In this document: positions 20,532 to 30,588 of the stretch, in pieces
How the letters are laid out: every line of letters starts with the position of its first letter
Numbering within the stretch: position 1 is the first letter of the stretch
Origin: an uncultured delta proteobacterium
Lineage (GTDB): Bacteria > Myxococcota > Myxococcia > SLRQ01
Direction: 5' to 3'
Assembly (NCBI GenBank): GCA_963727485.1
Contig: CAVSGM010000002.1
Span: forward strand, 128,001 to 192,000
DNA: 64,000 nt
Position numbers and translations under genes: made by a program
The notes under the pieces: model-generated
Told to the model about the DNA's origin: nothing
Database searches by the model: none
The model's input: only the letters and a program-made list of their open reading frames with translations

Positions 20532-21371
20532 TCAGCGGACGACGGCGAGCACCGCCAGCGCCTGGACCACCAGCGTCCCGTCGAGGAGGAGGCTGTAGTA
20601 GAGGTCGCCGCGGCTGGGGGTCATGGCGGCGACGAGGCCGAGGGCCAAAGCGTCGGTGGCGACCAGGGGCCAGGTGGGGCTGGAGGCGGCGAGGCCGTAG
20701 TGCCCGGCGGCGAGTGCGGCGGCGCCGGCGAGGGTGACGACGCCGAGGATCCGGGTCGCGGGCAGGCCCAGGATCGCGGGCAGGGTGCGGATGCCCATCG
20801 CCCGATCCCGGTCGAGGTCCCGGACGTCGAAGGGGAGGCAGATGGCGAAGACGAAGAGGAAGCGCTCGGCGGCGACCCCGGCAGCGCTCCCCACCGGGGC
20901 GTGGACCTCGAAGGCCGGGAGGACCACGGTGGCCGCGGCCCAGGTGGCGGCGATGACGAAGATCTTGAGGCCGGGCACCTCCTTGAGGCGCATCGGGCCG
21001 GCGCGGCCCCGGCGCATCACCACCGGGAGGACGTAGGCCAGGGACACGGCGCCGAGGGGCACCAGCACCAGGGCCAGCGTCCAGCTCACGGCGGCGAGGC
21101 ACGACGCCACGCCCAGGGCCGCGGCAGCCGTGAGGACGAAGAGGCCCCGGCGGTGGCGGGCGACCCAGCGGTGGCGGTCGGAGCGATCGACGGCGTCCTC
21201 GTCGGCGCCGTGGACCAGGCGATCGAGGTTGTAGACGACCAGCGTCGCGAAGAAGACCAGCAGCGGCACCGGAAAGGCCCGCGGCGCGTGGCCGAGGCGG
21301 ACGTAGCTGTCCGCGGTGACCAGCCCGGCGGCCAGGGAGATCCACAGATTGGTGAACAGGAGCAGCCGCAT
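20532..21371 (-). CDS. UbiA-family prenyltransferase-like membrane protein
   Basis: Multiple TM segments and Asp-rich motifs YNLDRL..DEDAVD and FDVRDLDRDRAMGIRTLP. Confidence 0.8.
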   Translation of the reverse strand: MRLLLFTNLWISLAAGLVTADSYVRLGHAPRAFPVPLLVFFATLVVYNLDRLVHGADEDAVDRSDRHRWVARHRRGLFVLTAAAALGVASCLAAVSWTLALVLVPLGAVSLAYVLPVVMRRGRAGPMRLKEVPGLKIFVIAATWAAATVVLPAFEVHAPVGSAAGVAAERFLFVFAICLPFDVRDLDRDRAMGIRTLPAILGLPATRILGVVTLAGAAALAAGHYGLAASSPTWPLVATDALALGLVAAMTPSRGDLYYSLLLDGTLVVQALAVLAVVR

Positions 21372-21479
21372 CGGCCGAGTCGGGGGCCCGCCCCCCGGCG
21401 CCAAGGCCTGGGAGCATACACGATTCGCCGCTCCACCCCGATCCTGGGCCCGGCCCGGTGCGTGGCCTATGTTTTTCCC

Positions 21480-22043
21480 ATGAACGGTCCGCCACACCTG
21501 CGGGTGATCCCCGGGGGCCGCCGCGAGGCGGTCCGGGTCGGGCCCGTGGAGGTGCGGGCCGGGCCCCCGAGCCGGCCGCCGTTCCCGGTGGACGCGGTGG
21601 TCCTCGAGGACGACACCTGGCGGGTCCTCGGCGCCGGCACCCGGCCCAGGGTCCAAACCGACGCGCCCCTGCGCGTCCACACCGGCGCCCTCGACGCCCA
21701 GCCCCTCGAGCTGGGCACGGTGCGGGTGGGGCGGGGGAGCCCGGCGCGGATCCACGCCATCGTCCACGACCTCGACGCCGAGGTGACGCTGCGCCGGGCC
21801 TCGCTGGTGACGGCCCTCCAGGGCGTCCTCGAGCTCGCCCGGGCGCGAGGCTTCTCCCGGCTCGCCATGCCGCTCCTGGGCACGGTCCACGGCGACCTCT
21901 CCGAGGCCGACGCCGTGCGCCTCCTCCGGGTCGCCCTCGAGGGCGCGCGGCCGGGCTTCCCCGCCCGGCTGTGGCTGGTGGTCCGGCCCGGGAGCGAGGC
22001 CCGGGTCCTCGAGGCCCTGGCCACCGGCGCCCGCCCGGCGTAG
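21480..22043 (+). CDS. macrodomain-like protein (atypical N-terminus)
   Basis: DAVV, IHAIV and SRLAMPLLGTVHG resemble the macrodomain S(I/L)AxPx(I/L)GTG loop. Confidence 0.6.
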   Translation: MNGPPHLRVIPGGRREAVRVGPVEVRAGPPSRPPFPVDAVVLEDDTWRVLGAGTRPRVQTDAPLRVHTGALDAQPLELGTVRVGRGSPARIHAIVHDLDAEVTLRRASLVTALQGVLELARARGFSRLAMPLLGTVHGDLSEADAVRLLRVALEGARPGFPARLWLVVRPGSEARVLEALATGARPA

Positions 22044-22074
22044 GGCGCGCGCCGCCCCGCCCGGGCCTATCTTC

Positions 22075-22980
22075 ATGGGTGCCATGGGTCGTTTCGCCAA
22101 GCGGATCGTTCTCTTCCTGGTCACCAACCTCGCGGTGCTGGTCCTCCTGGGGATTGTCCTGCGGGTCCTGGGGATCGACGGCCTCGCCTTCGCCGGTGGC
22201 TACCTCGACTGGCGGGCGCTGCTGGTCCTCTCGGCGGTCCTCGGCTTCGGGGGCGCCTTCATCTCCCTGGCCCTCTCCAAGTGGACGGCCAAGCGCTTCA
22301 CCCGGGCCCAGGTCATCGGGCAGCCGCGCACCCCCCACGAGGCCGAGCTCCTCGAGGTGGTCCGCCGCCTCGCCCGGGATGCCGGGGTCGACATGCCCGA
22401 GGTGGCCATCTACCCCTCGCCGGAGCCCAACGCCTTCGCCACCGGCGCCCGGCGCAACCGGGCCCTGGTGGCGGTGAGCGCCGGCCTCTTCCAGGCCCTG
22501 GGCCCCGCCGAGCGCGAGGCGGTCCTCGCCCACGAGCTGACCCACGTGGCCAACGGCGACATGGTCACCCTCACCCTGGTCCAGGGGGTGCTCAACACCT
22601 TCGTCATCTTCCTCTCCCGGGTGGTGGGCTTCGCCGTGGACCGGGCGGTGTTCCGCAACGAGCGGGGCTACGGCATCGGCTACTGGGTGTCGGTGATCGC
22701 CAGCGAGATCCTCCTGGGGCTGCTGGCCACCGTGGTGGTGATGTGGTTCAGCCGCCGGCGCGAGTTCGCCGCCGACGCCGGCGCCGCGCGCCTGGTGGGA
22801 TCGCGGCCCATGGCCGACGCCCTCCGGAGCCTCCAGCGCTACCAGGCGGTGCCCGCGGCCCTGCCCCAGTCCCTCGACGCCTTCGGGATCCGCGGAGGCC
22901 GGGCCGGCGTCCTCGGCGGGCTCTTCCGCTCCCACCCGCCCCTCGAGGCCCGCATCGCGGCCCTCGAGGCCCTGGGCTGA
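22075..22980 (+). CDS. htpX: membrane zinc protease HtpX
   Basis: LFLVTNLAV, PNAFATG, HELTHVANGDMVT, FSRRREF.AD and SHPPL; alternative start at 22084. Confidence 0.95.
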   Translation: MGAMGRFAKRIVLFLVTNLAVLVLLGIVLRVLGIDGLAFAGGYLDWRALLVLSAVLGFGGAFISLALSKWTAKRFTRAQVIGQPRTPHEAELLEVVRRLARDAGVDMPEVAIYPSPEPNAFATGARRNRALVAVSAGLFQALGPAEREAVLAHELTHVANGDMVTLTLVQGVLNTFVIFLSRVVGFAVDRAVFRNERGYGIGYWVSVIASEILLGLLATVVVMWFSRRREFAADAGAARLVGSRPMADALRSLQRYQAVPAALPQSLDAFGIRGGRAGVLGGLFRSHPPLEARIAALEALG

Positions 22981-23044
22981 TCGGCGCCGGGTGCCCCGCC
23001 CGGGGGGTGGTCCCGGGGCGGGGGCGTCTGGTACCCAGGAGGGC

Positions 23045-24226
23045 ATGACGCCGCGCACCACACGGCGGGCGGTCCTGGCGCTGCTCGTCGCCGCCGGGCT
23101 CCCGGTGACGGCGCGCGCTGCCCCCGGGGACGCACCCGCGACGCCCACCGCGACGCCTACCGCGACGCCTACCGCGACGCCTACCGCGACCGCCTCCGCT
23201 CCGAAGCCCGCCGCCCCACCGCCGCCCCCGGTCCGGGTCCTCCAGGTCGGCGTCGCCGGCAGCGCGCCCTTCGTCGTCGCCGGGCAGGCGGGTCCCACGG
23301 GCCTGGCCCTCGAGGTCTGGCGCGAGGCTGCCCGCCGCGCCGGCCTCCGCTTCCACCTGGTCCCCGTCGCTGGGGTCGCCAGGGCCCTCGACCAGGTCGC
23401 CCGCGGCACCCTCGACGTCGCCGTGGGCCCCATCAGCATCACCGCCGCCCGGGCCCGGACGGTGGCCTTCACCCAGCCCTACTACCAGGCGAGCCTCGGC
23501 ATCCTCGCCCACGCCGAGTCCAGCGTGTGGCAGCGCATCGCGCCCTTCGCCAGCAAGGCGTTCCTGGTGGCCATCGGCGTCCTCACCCTGGTGCTGGTCC
23601 TGGTGGGCCTGCTCCTCTGGTTCGCCGAGCGGCGGGCCAACCCCGAGCAGTTCCCCGAGCGCCCGGTCGCGGGCATCGGCAACGGCATCTGGCTGGCGCT
23701 GGTGACCATGACCACCGTCGGCTACGGCGATCGCGCGCCGGTGACGACCGCCGGCCGGATCATCACCGGCGTGTGGATGCTGGTGGCCATGGTCACCGCC
23801 TCGTCCCTGACCGCGGGCATCGCCACCGCCTTCACCCTCTCGCAGCTCTCCCACACCACCATCGCCAGCGCCGACGACCTCGGGGGCCGCCAGGTGGCCG
23901 TGGTGACCGGGACCACCGGCGCCGCCTTCGCCCGGGACCACGATGCCCGGGTGCTCGAGACCGCCACCCTCGACGCGGCGGTGACGGCCCTGCGCGACAA
24001 GCGCGCCGACGCGGTGGTCTTCGACCGCCCCATGCTCCGCTACTGGCTGCGCCAGCACCCCGACGCCAGCCTCCGCCTCGCGGCGCCGAGCTACCAGCCC
24101 CAGGGCTACGGCTTCGCCACCCCGCCGACGTCGTCGGCCCTCCGGCGCCGGCTCTCGGTAGCGCTCCTCGCCATGCACGAGGCCCGGCAGATCCGTGCCA
24201 TCGCCGACCGGTGGCTCGGGCCCTAG
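23045..24226 (+). CDS. GluR0-like ligand-gated K+ channel (split SBP domain around M1-P-M2)
   Basis: Tat-like RRAVLA, ISITAAR..FTQPYY, TM helices, filter TMTTVGYGD, second SBP lobe DAVVFD and YGFA. Confidence 0.9.
   Translation: MTPRTTRRAVLALLVAAGLPVTARAAPGDAPATPTATPTATPTATPTATASAPKPAAPPPPPVRVLQVGVAGSAPFVVAGQAGPTGLALEVWREAARRAGLRFHLVPVAGVARALDQVARGTLDVAVGPISITAARARTVAFTQPYYQASLGILAHAESSVWQRIAPFASKAFLVAIGVLTLVLVLVGLLLWFAERRANPEQFPERPVAGIGNGIWLALVTMTTVGYGDRAPVTTAGRIITGVWMLVAMVTASSLTAGIATAFTLSQLSHTTIASADDLGGRQVAVVTGTTGAAFARDHDARVLETATLDAAVTALRDKRADAVVFDRPMLRYWLRQHPDASLRLAAPSYQPQGYGFATPPTSSALRRRLSVALLAMHEARQIRAIADRWLGP
23138..23191 (+). repeat. 12-bp tandem repeat (ATPT x4) forming a linker
   Basis: gcgacgcc(c/t)acc repeated four times. 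Confidence 0.85.
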
Positions 24227-24261
24227 GGGGCGCGCCGGAGCTCACGGGCCCCGAGCGGACC

Positions 24262-25939
24262 CTAGGGGCAGCAGCTCGCCGGCGGCAGGAACGGCACGCA
24301 GGTGGGCTTGCCGTTGTCGACGATCATGGCCTCCCGGACCAGGTGGCCGTGGCCGTCGTCCTTGGCGTCGCAGAGGCGGATGCCGCACAGGTGCTTGACC
24401 GCGGCGCAGCACTTGGAGGGCACCGGGGTGAAGGTCACCGGCCGTGGCGTGCCGCCCTGGGTCGGGTCCGGGGCCTGGGCGCAGTCGTGGCGCACGCCGT
24501 TGTCGGGGTTCCCGTCGAAGACGGGGAACCGACCGGCGGGGCCCTGGCTGTCGAGGAGGTCGGACTGGGGGAGCTGGTCGACCGCCGAGGGGTGGTAGTG
24601 GGTGTCGGCGGGGCCGAGCTCGTTGGGGATGATCCAGGTCTGTGCGGTGAAGAAGCCGCCGCTCACGTCGTAGCCGGTGTCGGAGGTGGCCGGGTCGACG
24701 CCGCTTCGGGGCGTGCCCCCGGCGAGGCCCTGGAAGACGTCGATGTCGTAGTCCCCGGAGGGGACCTCCTGGCACTCCACCGGCTGGCCCTCGTAGAGGG
24801 GCGCGAGGTTCCCCGGCGGGATGTAGGGGACGGTGCACGCGGGGTTGGCCGGGTCGAGGGAGACCAGGGCCACCGGCGGCACCAGGATGTCGAGGGACGG
24901 GTAGATGACCTTCTTGAACAGGGTGTGGGTGGGCCGGACGCTGCCGATGAGGCGGACCACCGGGATCCCGGCCTCGACCTCGGCGGGGGTCCGGGCGCGC
25001 TGGAAGATCACCAGCGGCGTGTCCCACTCGACGCCCTGGGGCCCGAGGATGGGGTGGGGGTCGGGCTGGCCGTCGCCGTTGAGGTCCACCGGGCGGATGA
25101 ACCAGGCCTCGCCGCTGGGGTCGAGGTCGAAGCCGAGCTTCGCCGCCTTGAGGGCCGCCTTCCACTTGGGGTTGGCCGGGGGTGCCAGGTCGAGGCGGGT
25201 CTTGGTGAGGTCCCAGAGCGCCGCCTCCCCGGCCACCGGATCGGAGGTTGCCGGGAGGGTCGCCTCGCCGTCGAGGCCGAGGGTGTCGGGGTCGAGGGAG
25301 AAGAGGGGCCGCTCGGTGTCGGCCGGCGCGGCCAGGGCCACCGTGACCCCCTCGACCCGCTGGCCCTTGGGGAAGGTGGCGATGGTCCCGAAGGGGATGT
25401 GGGCGTAGACCGGCGCCGGGGAGGTGGGGTCCACGAAGGCGCCGCCGAGGACGTCGCCCCGGGTCGGCTGGTTGGCCACCGAGTAGAAGGGCGAGAAGTC
25501 GCCGGTCTCGTCGTAGAAGGCGCGGATCTGGTAGTCGTCGCCGAGGGTGATTCTGGGGCCAGGTGTACGGCGCGCTCCGGGTGATGCGCACGGCCAGGTC
25601 GGCGGGGGTGGGCTTGGCCGGGAGGCAGTCGGTCTTGAGGTTCCCGAAGAGCTGGTCGCCGGGGACGGTGAGGAGGTTGGCGGCGGTGGTCGCGTCGCCG
25701 TAGGGCGCGGGCAGGTGGTCCCAGGAGAAGAGCAGGAGCACCACCCGCCCGGCGATCCCCGTGGGCTTGCCGTTGCGGTCCCGGATGCACACCGGCCGCG
25801 GGCCCTGGTAGAGGACGGTGCCGGTGAGGATCCCGGTGGGGATGGGCGCGTTGCCGCCCGGCGGGAACGACTCCACCGGGGGCGCCTGGCAGGCGGCGAG
25901 GAGGACGGCGACGAGGGGCAGGAGGCGGCGCATGGGCAT
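24262..25939 (-). CDS. Cys-rich lipoprotein coupled to the TonB receptor, frameshifted at ~25549-25553
   Basis: Lipobox MPMRRLLPLVAVLLAAC; ATG overlaps the receptor's TGA. GATTC to GATC restores WPQITLGDDYQIRAFYD. C-terminus is Cys-rich. Confidence 0.8.
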
Positions 25940-28689
25940 CAGAAGTGGAGGGTGGCGGTGCCCCACACCCGGCGCCGGAGGACCTGGCCGAAGGGGTGCT
26001 CCCGGTGGGCGTCGTCGAGGAGGTTCTCGGCGACCACCGAGAGCTCGAGGCGATCGTGGGCGAGGCGCCAGCCGAGGCGGGCGTCGACGAGGGTGTAGGC
26101 GGGGAGGGGATAGATGCCGTAGCGCACGCCGGTCTGGGCGTCGGCCACCTGCTCCACCCAGGTCTGGGGGCTCACCCAGTGGACGTCCACGGCGACGTCG
26201 AGGCCGAAGCGCGAGCGGTACTGAACCCCGCCGTTGACCTTGTGGGTGCTGGTGCGGTGGTCCTTCTCCAGGCCTCCGAGCTTCACCGCCACGTCCTGGG
26301 GCGCGGTGTCGGAGAGCTCGTAGTTGGCGTAGACGTCGAGGCCGTCGAGGGGGGCCACCCGGACGCCCACGTCGGCGCCCACCTGCCGGAAGGTCGTGGG
26401 GAGGTTCACGAACTGGAGGCTCCCCACCGGGTAGGCGGCCGCGCCCGACTGGTACCCCGGGGTGTTGGCGAGGGTGTAGGGGGTGATGGCCCCGAGGACG
26501 ATCTCGTTGTCGATGAGGTTGTAGTAGCCGTTGACCTCGACGCTGGCGATCTCGCCGAGGTGCTGGGCGTAGCCGAGCTCGGTGGAGACCATGCGCTCGG
26601 GCTGGAGGCGGGTGTTGCCCAGGCCCAGGGCGGTGACGGCGCGGAAGGGGCTGGGGTTCTTGAAGTCGAGGTAGCTCTCGAGGAAGGTCGGGGTCCGGAA
26701 GGCGTTGCCCGCCGAGGCGCGGATGGCGATGTGGTCCGCCGGGTGGAGGACCACCGAGGCGCGGCCGCTGAACTGGAGCCCGGGGATGAGGGGGTGGCGG
26801 TCGGCGCGGCCGCCCACGGTGAGCTGGAGCTTCCTGGAGACCCGGACCGCGTCCTCGGCGAAGAGGGAGAAGTGGTTCTCCTGGTGGTCCTGGTCGAGCC
26901 ACTGCCAGTGGATGGACTTGAACCGGTAGCCGGCGCCCACGGCGAGGTCGTGCTCGAGGCCGAGGACGTGGAGGCGCCGGGACCAGGCGGCCTCGACGTC
27001 GGCGACCTGGGAGACGATGTTCCCGGTCTGGACCGGGATGCCGCCCGGGACGGTGGCGACCGCGCCCACGTCGCCCATGAACACGTTCCAGAAGCTGCGG
27101 ATGGTGAGGCCCACCGGCGTCTGGAGGGAGGCGTAGGTCTGGGAGAAGAAGCCGTTCTGGACCTCGAGCTCCCGGAGCTGGCTGATGCCCTGGAAGGCGA
27201 GGTTGAAGCTCGACACCGCGGTGCCGCCCCGGGCGAGCCACCCCTCGGCGAGGCGGTAGCGCAGGTCGGCGTCGACGTAGGCGTGCTCCAGGCCGAGGTA
27301 GGGGTTGGCGGCGTAGGGCTGCACATCGACCCGGCCCGGGGCCACGGAGATGCTGTAGTCGTTCTCGCGGTGGTAGCCGCCGCTGAACCGGTAGGCGAAG
27401 CCGGTGGCGCCGCGGCCGGTGAGGCTCACCGAGGTGCGCGCCGACTGGCCGGTGCCCAGGCCGCCGGTGACCTGGGAGCGGCCGTCGCCGGGCTCCCGGG
27501 TGATGATGTTGATGACCCCGGCGAAGGCGTCGGCGCCGTAGAGGGACGACGCCGGCCCGCGGATGATCTCGATGCGCTGGATGTCGGAGACGTCGACGGG
27601 GAGCGCCTGCCACAGGGTGGCGCCGATGAAGTCGAGGAAGACCGACCGTCCGTCGACGAGGACCAGGACCTTGTTGGAGAGGCGCTGGTTGAGGCCCCGG
27701 ATGGAGACCTCGCTGTCGCCGGGGGTGAGGGTCATGACGTCGACGCCCGCGGCGCGGCGGAGGAGCTCGGCGATATCGGTGATCCCCGAGAGGCGGATGT
27801 CCTGGGCGGTGACGATGGTGGTGGAGTTCGGCGCGTCGAGGGGCGACTGGGCGAAGCGCGAGGCCGAGACCACCTCCTCTTTGTAGACGTCCATCCCGCT
27901 GCGGGGGGCGGTCTCGCGGATGAGCTGCTCGAGGTGGGCGCCGGCCTTGGTCTCGGTCTTGCCCTGGGCCTCGGGCTTGGCCCCTGCCTGGGTCTTGGTC
28001 CCGGCGGTGCCGGCGGCGGTCGCGGCGGTCTTGGCCCCGGGGCTCGCCGGCGCCTGGGGCGCGACCACCGTCCGGGTCTGGAGGTGCTGGGCCAGGGTGT
28101 CGAGGGCCTGGGCGCGGGTCTCGAGGTCGTGGCTCCGGGCGGCGGTGGCGAGGGCCCCGAGCTGCCTGGCGGTGGCCTTCAGCTCGGCGATCTCCTGGGG
28201 CGTCGCCGCGGCGGTGGCCGGGTGGGTCGCGGGCTGGGGCCTGGCCGGGGCGCCGGTGGCGGTGCCGGCCGGGGCGCCTGGGGGCTGGCCGGTCGCGGGC
28301 GCGTGGGTCCCGGTGGCCGGGGGCGCCTCCACCTGCCGGGCGGCGAGCTGCTGCCGGAGCGCCTCGATGGTGCGCTCGATCTCCGGGCGGTCCGGCGGAT
28401 CCCACTTGAGGTACTGCTGGAAGGTGTCGATGGCCTTGGCGGCCTCGCCCGCCTCGGCGTAGGCGCGGCCGATGTTGTAGAGGACCGCCGGGTTGGGCAG
28501 GAGCCGGTAGGCGGCCTGAAGCTCGGCGACGCCGGCGTCGACCTGGCCCGCCTGGATGAGGCTCATGCCCTTGCGGAAGTGCTGGCGCGCCTCGCCGCGG
28601 ACGTCGGCCCGGGCGATGCGGGGGAGGGCGACGACGAGGAGGAGGACGGCAGCGAGTCGGGCGAGGCGGATGAGGGGGGCGCGCGCCAT
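25939..28689 (-). CDS. TonB-dependent receptor with N-terminal TPR extension
   Basis: Signal peptide, TPR (LYNIGRAY), plug motifs VVSASR, VSIRG, LVLVDGR and RIEIIRGPASSLYG..GVINIITR, then ENLLD and a terminal F. Confidence 0.93.
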   Translation of the reverse strand: MARAPLIRLARLAAVLLLVVALPRIARADVRGEARQHFRKGMSLIQAGQVDAGVAELQAAYRLLPNPAVLYNIGRAYAEAGEAAKAIDTFQQYLKWDPPDRPEIERTIEALRQQLAARQVEAPPATGTHAPATGQPPGAPAGTATGAPARPQPATHPATAAATPQEIAELKATARQLGALATAARSHDLETRAQALDTLAQHLQTRTVVAPQAPASPGAKTAATAAGTAGTKTQAGAKPEAQGKTETKAGAHLEQLIRETAPRSGMDVYKEEVVSASRFAQSPLDAPNSTTIVTAQDIRLSGITDIAELLRRAAGVDVMTLTPGDSEVSIRGLNQRLSNKVLVLVDGRSVFLDFIGATLWQALPVDVSDIQRIEIIRGPASSLYGADAFAGVINIITREPGDGRSQVTGGLGTGQSARTSVSLTGRGATGFAYRFSGGYHRENDYSISVAPGRVDVQPYAANPYLGLEHAYVDADLRYRLAEGWLARGGTAVSSFNLAFQGISQLRELEVQNGFFSQTYASLQTPVGLTIRSFWNVFMGDVGAVATVPGGIPVQTGNIVSQVADVEAAWSRRLHVLGLEHDLAVGAGYRFKSIHWQWLDQDHQENHFSLFAEDAVRVSRKLQLTVGGRADRHPLIPGLQFSGRASVVLHPADHIAIRASAGNAFRTPTFLESYLDFKNPSPFRAVTALGLGNTRLQPERMVSTELGYAQHLGEIASVEVNGYYNLIDNEIVLGAITPYTLANTPGYQSGAAAYPVGSLQFVNLPTTFRQVGADVGVRVAPLDGLDVYANYELSDTAPQDVAVKLGGLEKDHRTSTHKVNGGVQYRSRFGLDVAVDVHWVSPQTWVEQVADAQTGVRYGIYPLPAYTLVDARLGWRLAHDRLELSVVAENLLDDAHREHPFGQVLRRRVWGTATLHF

Positions 28690-30446
28690 CAGTAGGGGTT
28701 CGCCTTGTACTGATCGAGGCCCGGGGTCTTCTTCTTCTTCTTCTTCTTGACCGGGGCGTGGTCGGGGGGAGCCGGGTGGGGGTGCCGGACCCGGCGCCCC
28801 CGTCGGAGGGCCGGGAGGTGGGCGTCGACGGTGATCCGCTTGCCGGTGAGGGGCTGGTCGACGCTGGTCTCGCGGTAGCCCCGACGGTGGAAGCGCAGGC
28901 GCAGGGTCTCACCGGCGGAGTGGGGGTGCCAGGTCACCTCGCAGGGGGTGTGGGGGCAGAGGGCGTGGCCTCCGGCGCTGACCCGAGCCCCGGCGGGGTC
29001 GCTCTCGAGGTGGAGGAGGACGGGCTCCGGGCCCGCGGGAGGGGGCGTCGGGGCGGCGGCGGCGGGGGCACGGCCGGTGCCGGCGGTCGGCGGGGTGGGC
29101 GCGGCCGGGGTCCCGGTGCCGGGGGGGCCCGGGGGCGCCGCCGCGGGCGGGGCGGTGCCGGTCGCGGGCGCGGCGCCGTGGGCTCCGGCGGCCCCGGGGA
29201 CCATCGCCGCGTGGGTCGCGGTGTGCCCGCCTCGGTGGGCGCCCTGGGCCGTGCCCCCGGGAGACCAGGCCCACAGCCCGAGGAGCCCGGCAATCACCAC
29301 GGCGCCCCCGACGACGCCCCCGACGAGGCGCCCCCGCCCCGACGACTGCCCCATGCTCGCGAACCCCGGGGTCTCGGAGATGGACGAGGGGTTGAGGGGA
29401 TCGGGGAGCTGGGACGAGCTCTGCTCCGGCGAGAGGATCCGGGTGGCCTCGAGGGGGCCCGGCGGCGGCCCCGGGGGCCCGTCGATGATGGGCATCCCGG
29501 TGCTGCTGATCCCGCCCGGGGGCAGGGACATCTCGGTCATGCTCGCCGCCGCCTTGAGGGCGGTCATGAGCGCATCCATGGAGGGGAAGCGGTCGTCCCG
29601 GGGCTTGCGCAGGCAGCGCAGCACCACCGCCTCGAGGGCCTGGGGGACCACCACCTCGGGGTTGGTCTCGGCCATCGGGGGCACCGGGTCCTGGATGTGG
29701 GCCATCAGGGTGTCCACGGTGGTGTCGCGCTTGAAGGGCGGCTTGCCCGTGAGCATCTCGTAGAGGAGCACGCCCAGGGAGTAGACGTCGGCCCGGCCGT
29801 CGACCTCGCGCCCGCGGATCTGCTCGGGGGCGATGTACTTGGGCGAGCCCATGAACTGGCCGGTCTGGGTGAGCTCGACGTCCCGGTCCTTGGTCTTCAC
29901 CAGGCCGAAGTCGAGGACCTTCACGAAGTCGGACTCCTCGTCCTGGCGGATGAGGAAGACGTTCCCCGGCTTGAGGTCCCGGTGGGTGACGCCCATCCCG
30001 TGGGCCTCGCGGAGCGACCGGCCGATCTGGAGGGCCACGTGGGTGGCGCGCCCGGGGGAGAAGGGGCCGTCCTGGGTCATCGCCTGCCGGAGGGTTCGCC
30101 CCTCGAGGAGCTCCATGGCGATGAAGTAGACGTCGTCGTCGGTGCGCCCGTAGTCGAAGACGGTGACGGTGTTCCCGTGGCGGAGCTTGGCGCAGGTGGC
30201 CGCCTCGAGGAAGAAGCGCTGCTGGAAGTCCGGGTCGTTGTCGTCCTCGCTGTGGGCGAGGACCTTCAGGGCCACCAGCCGGCCCAGGGGCTGCTGCTCG
30301 GCCCGGTAGACCCGGCCCATGCCCCCCCGGGCGATGAGCGCGAGGACCCGGAAGCGGTCATTGATGACCCGCCCGACCAGGGGATCCGCCCCCCGGTTCA
30401 GGACCACGGCCTCGGCCCCCGGCCCTTTGCCCCGCGCATCGCTCAT
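28689..30446 (-). CDS. membrane Ser/Thr protein kinase with PEGA-like extracytoplasmic domain
   Basis: GGMGRVY, VALK, HRDLKPGN, DFG, APE, DVYSLG, one TM, SDPAGARV..TP, and C-terminal poly-K with NPY. Confidence 0.95.
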   Translation of the reverse strand: MSDARGKGPGAEAVVLNRGADPLVGRVINDRFRVLALIARGGMGRVYRAEQQPLGRLVALKVLAHSEDDNDPDFQQRFFLEAATCAKLRHGNTVTVFDYGRTDDDVYFIAMELLEGRTLRQAMTQDGPFSPGRATHVALQIGRSLREAHGMGVTHRDLKPGNVFLIRQDEESDFVKVLDFGLVKTKDRDVELTQTGQFMGSPKYIAPEQIRGREVDGRADVYSLGVLLYEMLTGKPPFKRDTTVDTLMAHIQDPVPPMAETNPEVVVPQALEAVVLRCLRKPRDDRFPSMDALMTALKAAASMTEMSLPPGGISSTGMPIIDGPPGPPPGPLEATRILSPEQSSSQLPDPLNPSSISETPGFASMGQSSGRGRLVGGVVGGAVVIAGLLGLWAWSPGGTAQGAHRGGHTATHAAMVPGAAGAHGAAPATGTAPPAAAPPGPPGTGTPAAPTPPTAGTGRAPAAAAPTPPPAGPEPVLLHLESDPAGARVSAGGHALCPHTPCEVTWHPHSAGETLRLRFHRRGYRETSVDQPLTGKRITVDAHLPALRRGRRVRHPHPAPPDHAPVKKKKKKKTPGLDQYKANPY

Positions 30447-30588
30447 GTTGAACCAGAGGACGTGGGCGGCCCGGACCGCCGGTCCCTCCAGAAACCCGGG
30501 AAAGGCTACTACTTTTGGTCCCCCCAGGTCGAGTTGGGGGAAGCCGGAAGTCGGCCCGGCGCCAGGAGGGTGCCACCGGGCCCGCGGT

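Noticed and set aside
28728..28748. (TTC)n microsatellite as a phase-variation tract
   Set aside because: It is a triplet repeat encoding the poly-Lys tail of the kinase, so slippage would keep the frame.
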